Shown piece by piece: positions 8,638-18,520 of a stretch of 64,000 nt of DNA. The stretch covers positions 63,659 to 127,658 of the forward strand of contig JBEVTI010000008.1 of NCBI GenBank assembly GCA_041156125.1, in the 5' to 3' direction. The translations under genes were made by a program, and so were the position numbers. Under the pieces are notes generated by a model that had not been told where the DNA came from, searched no databases, and saw nothing but the letters and a program-made list of their open reading frames with translations. This DNA is from Ktedonobacter sp. (GTDB lineage Bacteria; Chloroflexota; Ktedonobacteria; Ktedonobacterales; Ktedonobacteraceae). Position 1 is the stretch's first letter, and every line of letters begins with the position of its first letter.

Positions 8638-9906
8638 ATGCTACATAAGGGAAAATTGCTGGCAGCCCTGCACGCGAAACGGGGACAGTTTAGCGCTTAT
8701 GATGGATCGTTTGGCGACCAGTTGAACGCGTATCGCCACGCGTTAGAGACGCTTTATCTGGAATATCCTTCAGGAGAGCAACTGGCTTTTGTGCTGCCGC
8801 CGGATCGCAAGGGTTTACCGCCTGCCGGAGCGCGTCCCAGTGTGGAGTTTGACCGCTGGCTGGTCTACGCTCCACATCACGACTATCATGGCCCGCTCTT
8901 TCCATTTAATCATGAGTTTGCCAATCATGAACAGGCCCGGCATTGGGCCGAGTGTATCGAGGGCGTGACGACGATTGCTGTCGATGGCAGTCAGCTCCAG
9001 CCCTGGCGCGATGCCTCGATTCCTGTGGCCTTGATCCAGGTGGGCCTCTTTGTCAATCCGCACGCCCGCGGCAAGCCCTATACCAAAGATGTGTTTATAG
9101 AGGTGCTTTCTCCTGACGAAATCGCCGAGGCGTCAAGCACGGAAAGCGAGGACCCGGATAGCTATCCTTATTCCGAGATGCAGGTCAACCTGCGGCGCTA
9201 TCAGTTGGAAGTGGAGACACTGCGCCGCCAGATGGAGCAACACGCCCATAGTCGGCGCGAGGGCGAACCAACTCACAGCCCTGTCGTCTTCTTCGACGGT
9301 TCGCTTGTCGTTTCTTTCGCGGTGACTATGCCCGAACCATACCGCAGCGAATATATCCAGGCCGCGAAATCCCTGCTACAAACCTCGGAGGAGCAGCGTG
9401 TGCCGCTGGTGGGCTTTATCGATACCAGCTATGCTCGTGATATGATTACTATGTTACGCCGCCTGGACGCGAACCAGGCCAGGCCGGCTTTACGCGAAAC
9501 CAAGCGTATTCACGACGCGATACTCTGGCAGGGCCAAATGCGTTGGGGCGACCGCACGCCAGCTATGATCTGCGCGCGTGGCGATATTCTGGAGGACTAT
9601 GGCCCCTATCGCGAAAGTGTCGCATTTTGCTATATGCAAACCACCGCTCGCCGTCCGCCTGCCCGTCTGGAATTTCCGCGCTGGCTACTCGATGATGGCC
9701 TGCTTGAACCCATGCTGGATGCCGTGCGCGCCGAACTAATCGCTGGCAATGGCTACCCTTACGCCATCGAAACTGCCGACGCGGTAGCTGTGATCACAAT
9801 GCAGGATCGCCAGGAATTCTATGCCCAATTCCAGGAGTTTATGCTGCGCCAGGGCATGAAGTTCACTTTCTCGAATAAATCTGTCAGTAAAAGCAGAAGA
9901 CGCTAA
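8638..9906 (+). CDS. nurA: NurA-like 5-prime to 3-prime nuclease (RNase H-like fold)
   Basis: Two DGS motifs characteristic of NurA (IAVDGSQL and VVFFDGSLVV) plus C-terminal GYPYAIETADAVAVI resembling the NurA YPYxLxxA[HD]xxA motif; start set at ATG 8638. Confidence 0.65.
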   Translation: MLHKGKLLAALHAKRGQFSAYDGSFGDQLNAYRHALETLYLEYPSGEQLAFVLPPDRKGLPPAGARPSVEFDRWLVYAPHHDYHGPLFPFNHEFANHEQARHWAECIEGVTTIAVDGSQLQPWRDASIPVALIQVGLFVNPHARGKPYTKDVFIEVLSPDEIAEASSTESEDPDSYPYSEMQVNLRRYQLEVETLRRQMEQHAHSRREGEPTHSPVVFFDGSLVVSFAVTMPEPYRSEYIQAAKSLLQTSEEQRVPLVGFIDTSYARDMITMLRRLDANQARPALRETKRIHDAILWQGQMRWGDRTPAMICARGDILEDYGPYRESVAFCYMQTTARRPPARLEFPRWLLDDGLLEPMLDAVRAELIAGNGYPYAIETADAVAVITMQDRQEFYAQFQEFMLRQGMKFTFSNKSVSKSRRR

Positions 9907-10034
9907 TTGCTTTTGAAAAGCAGGCCAAAACAGCTTTTGCCTCGTTTATAGCGGGAAAGATTCCATGTGTTATACTTGTTTGTATACGAGAAACGATTTT
10001 GTTGATTAGCCTTAATGGTCAGAGAAGAAGACCC

Positions 10035-10682
10035 ATGATGTCTCGCGCGATTACACACACATTCAACTGTCCCTGTGGGGAACAGTTCGAACATACAATT
10101 TACAACTATGTCAATATCACCAGGGAGCCACGCCTGCGCTATATTGTCTTGAGTGGTCTGCTCAATGTCGCGACCTGCCCACATTGCGGGCGCAAGGCTG
10201 CGATTGGGCGACCCTTTATCTATTCCGATCCTGAACATAAGTTGCTCGCTTATGTTCATCCACGCAACGACGCTCCCGAAGAGGCCCGACTGATGATTCT
10301 CGAACAATTGCGCAATGTCTACGAGACTATTGTCAGCGAGGGTGAAGCGCCAGAATGTTCCGCGGACGAGCCCATCTCAGAAAGCTCCGCGGAACAAATC
10401 ATGGCCACGCCACCGCTTCAGGTGGTCTTCGGCAACGATCAGTTGCACGGGTTGATCAATGCTACGCTCAGCCAGCATGAGCGCCTGGGCAAGCTCGCGC
10501 TCAGCACCAGGAGTCATGCCGAAGCCGAACGTGGGCAAATGCTGGATATTGCGCGCAAACTCGCCAGCGAGATGAACTGCCAGATCGAGGTAGAGAATCT
10601 GGAGGATGAGTATACTGTGTGGATCTTTGGTCCACGTCGCCAGATCGGCGCTCTTATGCGCGAACTGTCGGCCATACATTAG
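10035..10682 (+). CDS. CpXC domain protein (hypothetical)
   Basis: Two CPxCG motifs ([17 protein letters not shown]) spaced as in CpXC domain; function unknown. Confidence 0.5.
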   Translation: MMSRAITHTFNCPCGEQFEHTIYNYVNITREPRLRYIVLSGLLNVATCPHCGRKAAIGRPFIYSDPEHKLLAYVHPRNDAPEEARLMILEQLRNVYETIVSEGEAPECSADEPISESSAEQIMATPPLQVVFGNDQLHGLINATLSQHERLGKLALSTRSHAEAERGQMLDIARKLASEMNCQIEVENLEDEYTVWIFGPRRQIGALMRELSAIH

Positions 10683-10726
10683 CAACCAGAACACATGCTG
10701 GCAACAAAAAAGGTGGGGCTACTGGG

Positions 10727-11212
10727 ATGATTACAATTGGCGTGCTGACCATTAGCGATGGCGGGGCACGTGGCGAGCGCGTAGATACCAGCGGCGAGAC
10801 GATTCGCGCCATGGTCGCGGATTTACCAGACGCGGTTGTAAGCGCTGGCGCGCTTGTGCCCGACGAGCGCCCGCTGATCGAAGCCACGCTACGCGAGTGG
10901 TGTGACGACAAACACCTCAACCTGATTCTGACAACCGGCGGAACCGGCCTGGCTCCCCGCGATGTCACCCCCGAAGCCACGCGCGCGTTAATCGAGCGCG
11001 AGGCTCCCGGTATTGCCGAGGCTATGCGCGCGGAGAGCCTGCGCCACACACCCTTTGGCATGCTCTCGCGCGGTGTAGCTGGCACACGCGGGCATACGCT
11101 GATCATTAACCTGCCCGGTAGTCCCAAAGCCGTCAAAGAATGCCTGCAATGCATCCTGCCAGTCCTACCTCACGCTATCAATCTGCTTATCGAAGGTCCA
11201 CGTGAACATTAA
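10727..11212 (+). CDS. mogA: molybdenum cofactor biosynthesis protein MogA/MoaB (MoCF_biosynth domain)
   Basis: [11 protein letters not shown]...[19 protein letters not shown]...[14 protein letters not shown] conserved MogA motifs; AAAGGTGG RBS 9 nt upstream of ATG 10727. Confidence 0.8.
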   Translation: MITIGVLTISDGGARGERVDTSGETIRAMVADLPDAVVSAGALVPDERPLIEATLREWCDDKHLNLILTTGGTGLAPRDVTPEATRALIEREAPGIAEAMRAESLRHTPFGMLSRGVAGTRGHTLIINLPGSPKAVKECLQCILPVLPHAINLLIEGPREH

Positions 11213-11359
11213 GCTGGCTAGCTCTCCACCTTCTCCTGTGAACATAAACGCGACTTTCTGCTACTCTTCTTATGAAGCATAATGACAATAGAGACCAGCC
11301 TGACTATCTTAAAATTACTTTGAAGAAGCTAAGCTATGCTCTCAGGAGAGATATCACAT

Positions 11360-12115
11360 ATGACGCCAAATTTTTATCTCATTCAACCGCTCAATCTGAT
11401 GATCGTGAGCATTCTTTTACTACCATTGATGGGCAGTGCCTGCCTGTTTTCCGTGGTCACAGTCGGTCTGCTTTTTGCGCGGGCCAAAATTTTTAAGCAG
11501 CGGGTGTATAAGCCGATGCTCTTCAATCTCTTTCTGGCCTGGCTTCCTATGGTCTGCGTGGGCATCGCGACACTGGCTTTTCTGGCAGCCGCGCTCAAAG
11601 GTCTGAGCCTGCTCTGGGTGACGATCGTGCTGCTGGGCATCTGGTTTGTCTTCTTCCCCAACTCTACCTACCTGGTGACTGAATTTCATCATCTGAGAGA
11701 TGAGAAAGCCGATATTCCTTACTGGTTCGATACGATTGTCATTCTTTCCCTGGCTCTCTGCGGACTGCTCCTGGGCAGTTTCTCGCTGCTCTTAGTCCAC
11801 CAGTTGTTGCTGATCTATCTGCCTGGCCCGCTGACCTGGACAATTTTTATCGCTTACCTTTTCTTATCAAATGTTGGTATCTATATCGGGCGCTTTCTGC
11901 GTTTCAATAGTTGGGATGTATTGACCAATCCACTCAAGCTGTTGGCCCGGCTAAAGGAGCTTTTTCAGGTCAAACAGACCAGACGCCAACTGCTGCTCTT
12001 CGCCAGCCTCTTTACGCTCTTTTTGCTGACGTTCTACATTTTTTTGTATAGCGCGGTAGCGCCTGTGGCATCATTATTGATCGTTGTCTTACAGCATTCT
12101 GGAGCGCTTAAATAA
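11360..12115 (+). CDS. multi-pass integral membrane protein (DUF1361-like), hypothetical
   Basis: About 8 predicted TM helices; AGGAGAGA RBS 6 nt upstream of ATG 11360; family assignment tentative. Confidence 0.55.
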   Translation: MTPNFYLIQPLNLMIVSILLLPLMGSACLFSVVTVGLLFARAKIFKQRVYKPMLFNLFLAWLPMVCVGIATLAFLAAALKGLSLLWVTIVLLGIWFVFFPNSTYLVTEFHHLRDEKADIPYWFDTIVILSLALCGLLLGSFSLLLVHQLLLIYLPGPLTWTIFIAYLFLSNVGIYIGRFLRFNSWDVLTNPLKLLARLKELFQVKQTRRQLLLFASLFTLFLLTFYIFLYSAVAPVASLLIVVLQHSGALK

Positions 12116-12166
12116 GCTCAGCACTGCTGTCACAGTTCGCTGGTCGCCAGTTGTGAGAGGTGTTCG

Positions 12167-13072
12167 ATGGTGGGGCCTGATCCCCTGCTAATCTATCGTG
12201 GTCACGAGGATAACGTGTTCGCGCTAAGCTGGTCACCCGATGGCACGCGGCTGGCCTCAGCTGGACGCGATCGTGTAGTGCGCGTCTGGCAGCCCTCAAA
12301 TGGCGCGGACCTCTACGTGTACCATAAACACAGCAGCCCGGTGCTTGCCCTGTCCTGGTCACCTGACGGTACACTGCTAGCTTCCGGCGATACCGCTGGC
12401 GAAGCCCATATCTGGCATGCTCAGACTGGCGCGCAGGTCACTGTCTACCGTGGCCATAAACGCTTTGTCCGCTCTCTGGCCTGGTCGCCTGATGGCGCTC
12501 TACTCGTTTCTGGCGGTGACTTTGGTGACGGTACAGTGCAACTCTGGCAGGCCACGACGGGTCAGCACCTCGCGACCCACACTGGCCTGGAGCGGGTCCT
12601 GGCCGTGGTCTGGTCACCGGACGGACAGCGCCTCGCAGCCTGCGGCTTCTCTGGCCGCGCGCAAACCTGGGACGCGCGCGCCAATACCCGGCTTTTCACC
12701 TACACAGGCCATAGCTGCCGACTTTACGCCCTGGCCTGGTCGCCAACTGGCCCGGCCCTTGCCTCAGCCGGCGAAGATGGCGCCATCCACATCTGGCAGG
12801 ACCTCACCGGTAAGCTGCTCTACTCAGCCAATTTTCACACGCGCGCGGTAAAGGCGCTGGCCTGGTCGCCTGACGCCAGCGCGCTTGCCTCCGGCGGTGA
12901 AGATCTGCTCCTGCGCGTCTGGCAACCCGCGACCGCTGGCGTTCCACTTGGCTATACCGGCCATACTCAATGGATACGCGCGCTCTGCTGGTCCCCTGAT
13001 GGACGCTTTCTGGCCAGCGCGAGCGCGCATACAGTGCATCTCGTCAGCCTCCACTCTCTCATTGTTGCTTAA
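12167..13072 (+). CDS. WD40 repeat protein (7 repeats)
   Basis: Seven tandem repeats of xLSWSPDGxxLASxxxDxxVRVWQ pattern. Confidence 0.85.
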   Translation: MVGPDPLLIYRGHEDNVFALSWSPDGTRLASAGRDRVVRVWQPSNGADLYVYHKHSSPVLALSWSPDGTLLASGDTAGEAHIWHAQTGAQVTVYRGHKRFVRSLAWSPDGALLVSGGDFGDGTVQLWQATTGQHLATHTGLERVLAVVWSPDGQRLAACGFSGRAQTWDARANTRLFTYTGHSCRLYALAWSPTGPALASAGEDGAIHIWQDLTGKLLYSANFHTRAVKALAWSPDASALASGGEDLLLRVWQPATAGVPLGYTGHTQWIRALCWSPDGRFLASASAHTVHLVSLHSLIVA

Positions 13073-13154
13073 AACCGATTCGTGCGATAATCTGGTTATC
13101 CGTGGCGCGGGTTCGTTGTAGTTCCTGGCGCGGATCGGCGGACATTTTTCAGAT

Positions 13155-14525
13155 ATGGGAAAGGTTCCAGCAAAGATGAGCACAGTTTTGAGCATAATCA
13201 GTCTCGCGCAGGCAGGAAACGGACAGGATGCTTTGCGCAGTACGGAGATCCTGGTAATTCTGTTGACAATCACGCTGGTGGTCTCGCTGCTGGCTCGACG
13301 GCTACGCTTGCCCTATACGCTGGTGCTGGTACTGGTGGGACTGGGCATCGGCTTTAGCCCGCTGGCCAATGGGGTGATTCTCAATCCTGACCTGGTGCTT
13401 TTTCTCTTTTTGCCAGCGCTCCTCTTCGAGGGAGCGTGGAGCACAGACGCGCGCCAACTGGTCGCGAACTGGCTACCGATCTTTTTGCTGGCGGTGCCGG
13501 GTCTGCTAATCGCGCTGGCACTGCTGATGGTGGTGCTGCACCTGGGCATTGGACTACCATGGATGCTGGCGGCGCTGGCGGCGGCGATTGTCTCGCCAAC
13601 CGATCCTATCGCGGCCCTGGCCCTGTTAAAACGCCTGGGACTCTCTGAACGGCTGCGCATCATTATTGAGGGGGAAAGCCTGTTTAACGATGGTGTGGGC
13701 GTAGCGGTCTTTGAGGTGGTACGCCAGCTATTATTGCCCTCACTGGGCCTGGCGACGGTCTCAATAGCTTTTCAGGGCGTTTCGTTGCTCCAACTCAATC
13801 TGCAGGTGCTCTGGTTGCTGATCGGCGGACCGTTATTGGGGATAGCTACAGGGTGGATCTGTTCGCGTTTTTTGCGCCTGGTGGATGATCATCTCTTTGA
13901 GACTGTGCTGACGCTCTGCGTGGCCTATGCCGCGTATCTTTGCGGCACGCTGTTACACACCTCTGGCCTGCTGGCGGTAGTCTGCGCCGGCCTTGTTATG
14001 GGCAGCTATGGCAAGGATCTGGGCATGTCGCAACGCTCGCAAGAGGCGGCTGAGGATGTCTGGGAGTTTATCGGCTACCTGGCTAATTCGCTGCTCTTTT
14101 TGTTGCTGGGCATTCAGATTGGTGCTTCTAACTTTCTCCAGGCTGTGCCAGGCATTCTCTGGGCCGTGCTGGGCGTGCTTGCTGGCCGCGCGGTAATTGT
14201 CTACACGCTTATGCCGCTCCAGGATCTGCTGGCGCGCCGCCTGGCAAATCGCGCTCGCTGGTGGGCATGGCTGCCACGCCCGCGCCCACTGAGTGCCGCG
14301 TGGCGCCCCGTGCTGACCCTGACTGGACTGCGCGGGGCGCTCTCGATTGCCCTGGTGCTGAGTCTGCCCGACAAATTTAGCCAGCGCAATCTGCTGGAGA
14401 GCATTGTCTACGGGGTCGTGCTGGTCACTCTGCTCGGCCAGGGCCTGGGGCTGCGTTTTCTCCTACCCCACTGGTCCGGCGACCAGACAAACGAGAGCGA
14501 GATCCAGGAGAGCGAGGCTCACTAA
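13155..14525 (+). CDS. Na+/H+ antiporter, CPA1 family (NhaP-type)
   Basis: 12 TM helices with conserved FLFLPALLFEGAW and ESLFNDGVGV motifs of Na_H_Exchanger family. Confidence 0.8.
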   Translation: MGKVPAKMSTVLSIISLAQAGNGQDALRSTEILVILLTITLVVSLLARRLRLPYTLVLVLVGLGIGFSPLANGVILNPDLVLFLFLPALLFEGAWSTDARQLVANWLPIFLLAVPGLLIALALLMVVLHLGIGLPWMLAALAAAIVSPTDPIAALALLKRLGLSERLRIIIEGESLFNDGVGVAVFEVVRQLLLPSLGLATVSIAFQGVSLLQLNLQVLWLLIGGPLLGIATGWICSRFLRLVDDHLFETVLTLCVAYAAYLCGTLLHTSGLLAVVCAGLVMGSYGKDLGMSQRSQEAAEDVWEFIGYLANSLLFLLLGIQIGASNFLQAVPGILWAVLGVLAGRAVIVYTLMPLQDLLARRLANRARWWAWLPRPRPLSAAWRPVLTLTGLRGALSIALVLSLPDKFSQRNLLESIVYGVVLVTLLGQGLGLRFLLPHWSGDQTNESEIQESEAH

Positions 14526-14884
14526 CCGTCATGCATGCCCTTTCTCAATTCGCGCACAAAGCCGAAGACGCCCTGCATCCAGGTTAATTCAGGCTCGCGC
14601 TCTGGCTCTGGCTTGCTCGGCTCCTGGCTACGCTGGCGCTCCCGCTCGGCCAGGATTTCCTCGGCACGTTCACGAGCCTCGCGCAATAACTTGTCGTAAG
14701 CCATACGTTTGCGCGCGTCGCTGAGAATCTCGTAGGCTTCATTCAGCCGTTTAATCTGCTCATCGCGCGTCGAAGCATGCAGATCGGGATGGTACTGGCG
14801 CGCCAGGCGACGGTATGCCTTTTTGATTTCCGCCGCGTTAGCACCGCTTGCTACACCCAATAGCTTGTAGTAATCGAGAATCAT
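14522..14884 (-). CDS. J-domain (DnaJ-like) co-chaperone, small
   Basis: DYYKLLGV...AEIKKAYRRLARQYHPD J-domain with HPD tripeptide; ATGA overlap with dut. Confidence 0.7.
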   Translation of the reverse strand: MILDYYKLLGVASGANAAEIKKAYRRLARQYHPDLHASTRDEQIKRLNEAYEILSDARKRMAYDKLLREARERAEEILAERERQRSQEPSKPEPEREPELTWMQGVFGFVRELRKGMHDG

Positions 14885-15330
14885 TCTCCTGTACTCCCAA
14901 AACCTCCACGCCCTTTTCCAAGCGTCTCGACCTCTTCCCAAACAACGCGCATTACCGGCAAAAAGAGTCCCTGAGCAATTCGTTCACCCTTCTTAACTAG
15001 CACAGCCTCTTCCCCAAAGTTAAAGACCTGAACTTTAAGCTCGTCCCCTTCACCAGAATAATCTTGATCGATAATGCCAACGCCGTTGGGAATAAGCAGA
15101 TGCTTCCGGCGAGGAGTACTACTGCGTAACGTGAGCATCAAAAAATAGCCCGCAGGAATCCGCACAATCACATTGCCAGGGATTAATTCAATCCTCTTCG
15201 GCAGAATCTCTACAGTCTCCCGGCACACTAAATCGAAGCCTACTGAACCCTCTGTCGCATAAACTGGTAGCGGCAGGCTTTTGTCAACGCGCTTAATGGC
15301 GACTTTGAGATGTTGCACTTGACTATCCAT
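14881..15330 (-). CDS. dut: dUTP diphosphatase (trimeric dUTPase)
   Basis: ATEGSVGFDL, GVGIIDQDYSGE and RGGFGSTG dUTPase motifs. Confidence 0.85.
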   Translation of the reverse strand: MDSQVQHLKVAIKRVDKSLPLPVYATEGSVGFDLVCRETVEILPKRIELIPGNVIVRIPAGYFLMLTLRSSTPRRKHLLIPNGVGIIDQDYSGEGDELKVQVFNFGEEAVLVKKGERIAQGLFLPVMRVVWEEVETLGKGRGGFGSTGE

Positions 15331-15564
15331 TCTGCTATTCTATTGGAGTAGATCGGTCGCGTCAAGTAGCTTCATCAAATGACAGAATGATGGCAAAAGT
15401 TGCTTGCAGCGAGATCGCAAAAGCTAGCTCGTCCTGGCCAGGATTGCTATTTCCCAGGCAGACAGGCATAGAGCGAGATAGCATCTCTTTTCAGAGCGGG
15501 CAGCGATCATTTTTAGACTGTTTTGATTGAGCGGCAGGTCTCAGTATAAAGGAAATTAAGCGGC

Positions 15565-15999
15565 TTGAAAACTCGCGTCAAGTTTATTTACACCAGCCTT
15601 CTCCTGTGCCTGGCCTTGATCTTGACCTTTTTCACGGCCACCAGTACAATCCAGGCTTACCAGCACTTTCAACAGGATCACCAGAGTGTTCAGAATGGTG
15701 ATGCAACAACGGTAAGACCATGGATGACGCTTCCATATATTTCTCACCTCTATAAAATCCCGGAACCCTGTTTCACCACAGCCCTGCGCCTGAAAGATCA
15801 CTGGTTGGTCGAACACGCAACCCTGCGCGTCATCGCTGACCATGATCATCAGTCACTTAGCCAGTTGATCCAGGATGTTCAGTCCACGATTCAGGGATAT
15901 CGACACAAACAACTCGCCTGTGGACCCCCGCTGCAAAGCACTCCGTCCACCAGTCCAAGCGCGTTTTCTGCTCCTCCACGGAAAGGGAAACTGCAATGA
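15565..15999 (+). CDS. hypothetical membrane-anchored protein, translationally coupled (ATGA) to dedA
   Basis: N-terminal signal/TM helix; no recognisable domain; 4-nt overlap with downstream gene. Confidence 0.4.
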   Translation: MKTRVKFIYTSLLLCLALILTFFTATSTIQAYQHFQQDHQSVQNGDATTVRPWMTLPYISHLYKIPEPCFTTALRLKDHWLVEHATLRVIADHDHQSLSQLIQDVQSTIQGYRHKQLACGPPLQSTPSTSPSAFSAPPRKGKLQ

Positions 16000-16781
16000 A
16001 TAGTCTTCTACCCTACCTGTTGACTCTACTCCAGGAATATGGCTACCCTATTCTCTGGCTCAGTATTTTTATCGGCGCGCTCGGTATTCCGCTACCCAAT
16101 ACGCTGGTGCTTCTGGCCGCGGGCGCTTTTGCCGCTTTAGGAAATTTCAACTTCGCCTTGCTGACACTAGTCGCGCTCAGCGCCTTTGTGGCTGGAGACA
16201 ATGCTGGCTACTGGATTGGACGGCGCTGGGGGAGCAAGATACTGCATTGGCTGGAGGGTCGGCTGATCAAACAGACGACCCTTGAGCGTTCGCGTAGCTA
16301 TTTCGACCGGCTTGGCGGCTGGGCAGTTTTTAGCAGCCGCTTTCTCGTGTCCGCCCTGGGTGGCGCTATTAATCTGCTCGCTGGCGCGCAGCTCTACCCC
16401 TACCGGCGCTTCGTCGTTTACGATACCGCGGGTGAAACGCTGGGCGCCCTCCTGCCGCTTACGCTGGGCTATATCTGCGGCGCAAGTTGGGACGCGCTAG
16501 GAGACGTGCTTGGTTCATTCTCGTTTTTTATCGTCGCTCTACTGATTGCGTTATTTCTCAGCGCTCAAACCACCCGCCTGTTCCTCCGTATGCGCAAAAC
16601 CGCTCAGGCCAGGCGGGCACTCACCGAGGAAAGACTGGCTCCCGGCGCGCAGCAAAAACGACCTGGCGCGCCAGCAAAAAAACCAGCTGCCTATGAAAAT
16701 TCTCTTGACGTGAACGCGGTTCTACCGGGCCTCTCCTCGTCAGAGGCGCCGTCATCACCGGCAGGAGATCTGCCACTTTAA
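15996..16781 (+). CDS. DedA/TVP38 (VTT domain) family membrane protein
   Basis: LLQEYGYPILWLSIFIGALGIPLP...GDNAGYWIGRRWG typical DedA signature. Confidence 0.75.
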   Translation: MNSLLPYLLTLLQEYGYPILWLSIFIGALGIPLPNTLVLLAAGAFAALGNFNFALLTLVALSAFVAGDNAGYWIGRRWGSKILHWLEGRLIKQTTLERSRSYFDRLGGWAVFSSRFLVSALGGAINLLAGAQLYPYRRFVVYDTAGETLGALLPLTLGYICGASWDALGDVLGSFSFFIVALLIALFLSAQTTRLFLRMRKTAQARRALTEERLAPGAQQKRPGAPAKKPAAYENSLDVNAVLPGLSSSEAPSSPAGDLPL

Positions 16782-17214
16782 TTGACCTGTAACGTATTAT
16801 AGATAGTAGGATGTTAATCGTCCTATTAATAAGGTCTGCGCAACAAACCTGGCCAGCGTAAATTCCGGCAAAGAGCGCGCAACTCTGGTGAACAGGCTCT
16901 TTGTCCGAGCCAGAACAGAAAAGAGCGGCATACAAAAGTATTATCGCAACCATTTTTCTAACAGTCTCAATCAAGGGACTAGATGAAAGGGGGCTTTTCG
17001 GTTATAATTAGGAGTGGAGAAGGAATATTTTCTGGTCTCTCCGTGTTTGTAGAGATAGAAACACGGATTGCGATGCGTCTTTGACTTCCTCCCACTCGGT
17101 TTGCGGACACAGTATCCGATCGCAGAATTGCTTTCCTTGAGTGTGTAGAGCTGAACCGACGGAAGATACTGCTATCTTGCTGCTAAAGATACTACTGTTC
17201 ACGGAGGGCGCAAA

Positions 17215-18435
17215 ATGATTGAATTAGAACGTGGCACGGCAGGCACAATTTCATCCCGCCATGGCACCGATACGGAAAATCTTGATCTTGTTGAGAAACA
17301 ATATGACGAAATTTTGGGTCATTTGCTCAACAAGGACCTTACATACACTGACGATGGTGAATGCAATAGTAAGGATGAACCAGAGTTGGAAGAGGACCTG
17401 CCAGGTCTTGACACTGGCCCCCTGGAATTAGATGAAATGGCTGACATCCACGAGGAACTGGCTGCGTTGCCAGGCACTTCTGATCTCGAACCTTCTTCGC
17501 TTTTAACTCTGCCTGCGTTGACTACCGATGACGCCCAGCATGCGCGGCGCGTGCATCCCCGCCGCAGACGCTCGGAAGATGCAGAAGAAAATTCAGTCCA
17601 TAACTCCGATGCTGGTGAGTCGGACGCAGTAATGACCTATCTACGCGAAATCGGTCGCGTGCCCATGATTACTCATGAGCGCGAAATCGAACTGGCTCAA
17701 CGCATTGAGATGGGCGATCGCGCGGCGCAAAAACAATTTATTCTGGCAAATTTACGCCTGGTAGTGAGCATCGCGAAACGCTATGTTGGCCGCGGCCTGA
17801 CCCTGCTTGATCTTATTCAAGAAGGCAATATCGGCCTGATTCGCGCGGTTCAGCGCTATGACTGGCGGCGTGGGCATCGTTTCTCAACTCACGCGACATG
17901 GTGGATTCGCCAGGCAATCAGTAGAGCCGTCGCCGATAAAGGTCGGACCATTCGCTTACCTGTGTATGTAAACACCGCTCTGAACCGCATTCGCCGCGAA
18001 CGCCAGCGCCTGCTCCAGGAACTGGGACGCGAACCTACAGAGTTGGAGCTGGCCGAGGCTACGGGTCTCGATCCCATTCGTATGGTCGAACTCCAGGCCG
18101 CGCCTGGAGCGCCCGTCTCCCTTGAACTACCTGTTGGCGAAGATGAAGAACAGGAACTGGGCGACGTACTGGCTGATACAGAATCAGCCTCACCCGAAGA
18201 TATCGCGACCACTCAGACTCTAAAAGACGAAGTTCAGCGCGTCCTGGAATCCGTACTTACTCCCCGTGAACGCCTTGTCCTACAATTGCGCTTTGGTCTG
18301 AACAATAGTCAGGCCCATCCCCTTGAACAAGTTGGTCGCGAGCTGGGTATTACGCGCGAGCGCGTACGCCAGATCGAGGCAGGCGCACTGGCCAAACTAC
18401 GTCAACCACCCGTGCTGGACCGCTTACGCGGCTAA
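17215..18435 (+). CDS. RNA polymerase sigma-70 family factor (RpoD/SigA-like, regions 1.2-4 present, acidic N-terminus)
   Basis: AVMTYLREIGRVPMIT (1.2), NLRLVVSIAKRYVGRGLTLLDLIQEGNIGLIRAVQRYD (2.x), RTIRLPVY, and region 4 HTH LEQVGRELGITRERVRQIE. Confidence 0.9.
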   Translation: MIELERGTAGTISSRHGTDTENLDLVEKQYDEILGHLLNKDLTYTDDGECNSKDEPELEEDLPGLDTGPLELDEMADIHEELAALPGTSDLEPSSLLTLPALTTDDAQHARRVHPRRRRSEDAEENSVHNSDAGESDAVMTYLREIGRVPMITHEREIELAQRIEMGDRAAQKQFILANLRLVVSIAKRYVGRGLTLLDLIQEGNIGLIRAVQRYDWRRGHRFSTHATWWIRQAISRAVADKGRTIRLPVYVNTALNRIRRERQRLLQELGREPTELELAEATGLDPIRMVELQAAPGAPVSLELPVGEDEEQELGDVLADTESASPEDIATTQTLKDEVQRVLESVLTPRERLVLQLRFGLNNSQAHPLEQVGRELGITRERVRQIEAGALAKLRQPPVLDRLRG

Positions 18436-18520
18436 GCAAATAGCGCAGTCAGCAGAAAAATGCTGAACAAATGAGTTGCACTCGTTTGTTCAGCATTTTT
18501 CTGCTGACTGCGCTATTTGC
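18436..18520. terminator. 36-bp perfectly paired hairpin; candidate bidirectional terminator between convergent sigma factor and rel genes
   Basis: gcaaatagcgcagtcagcagaaaaatgctgaacaaa / 13-nt loop / tttgttcagcatttttctgctgactgcgctatttgc read directly; begins 1 nt after sigma stop and overlaps last codons of 18513..(-). Confidence 0.7.
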
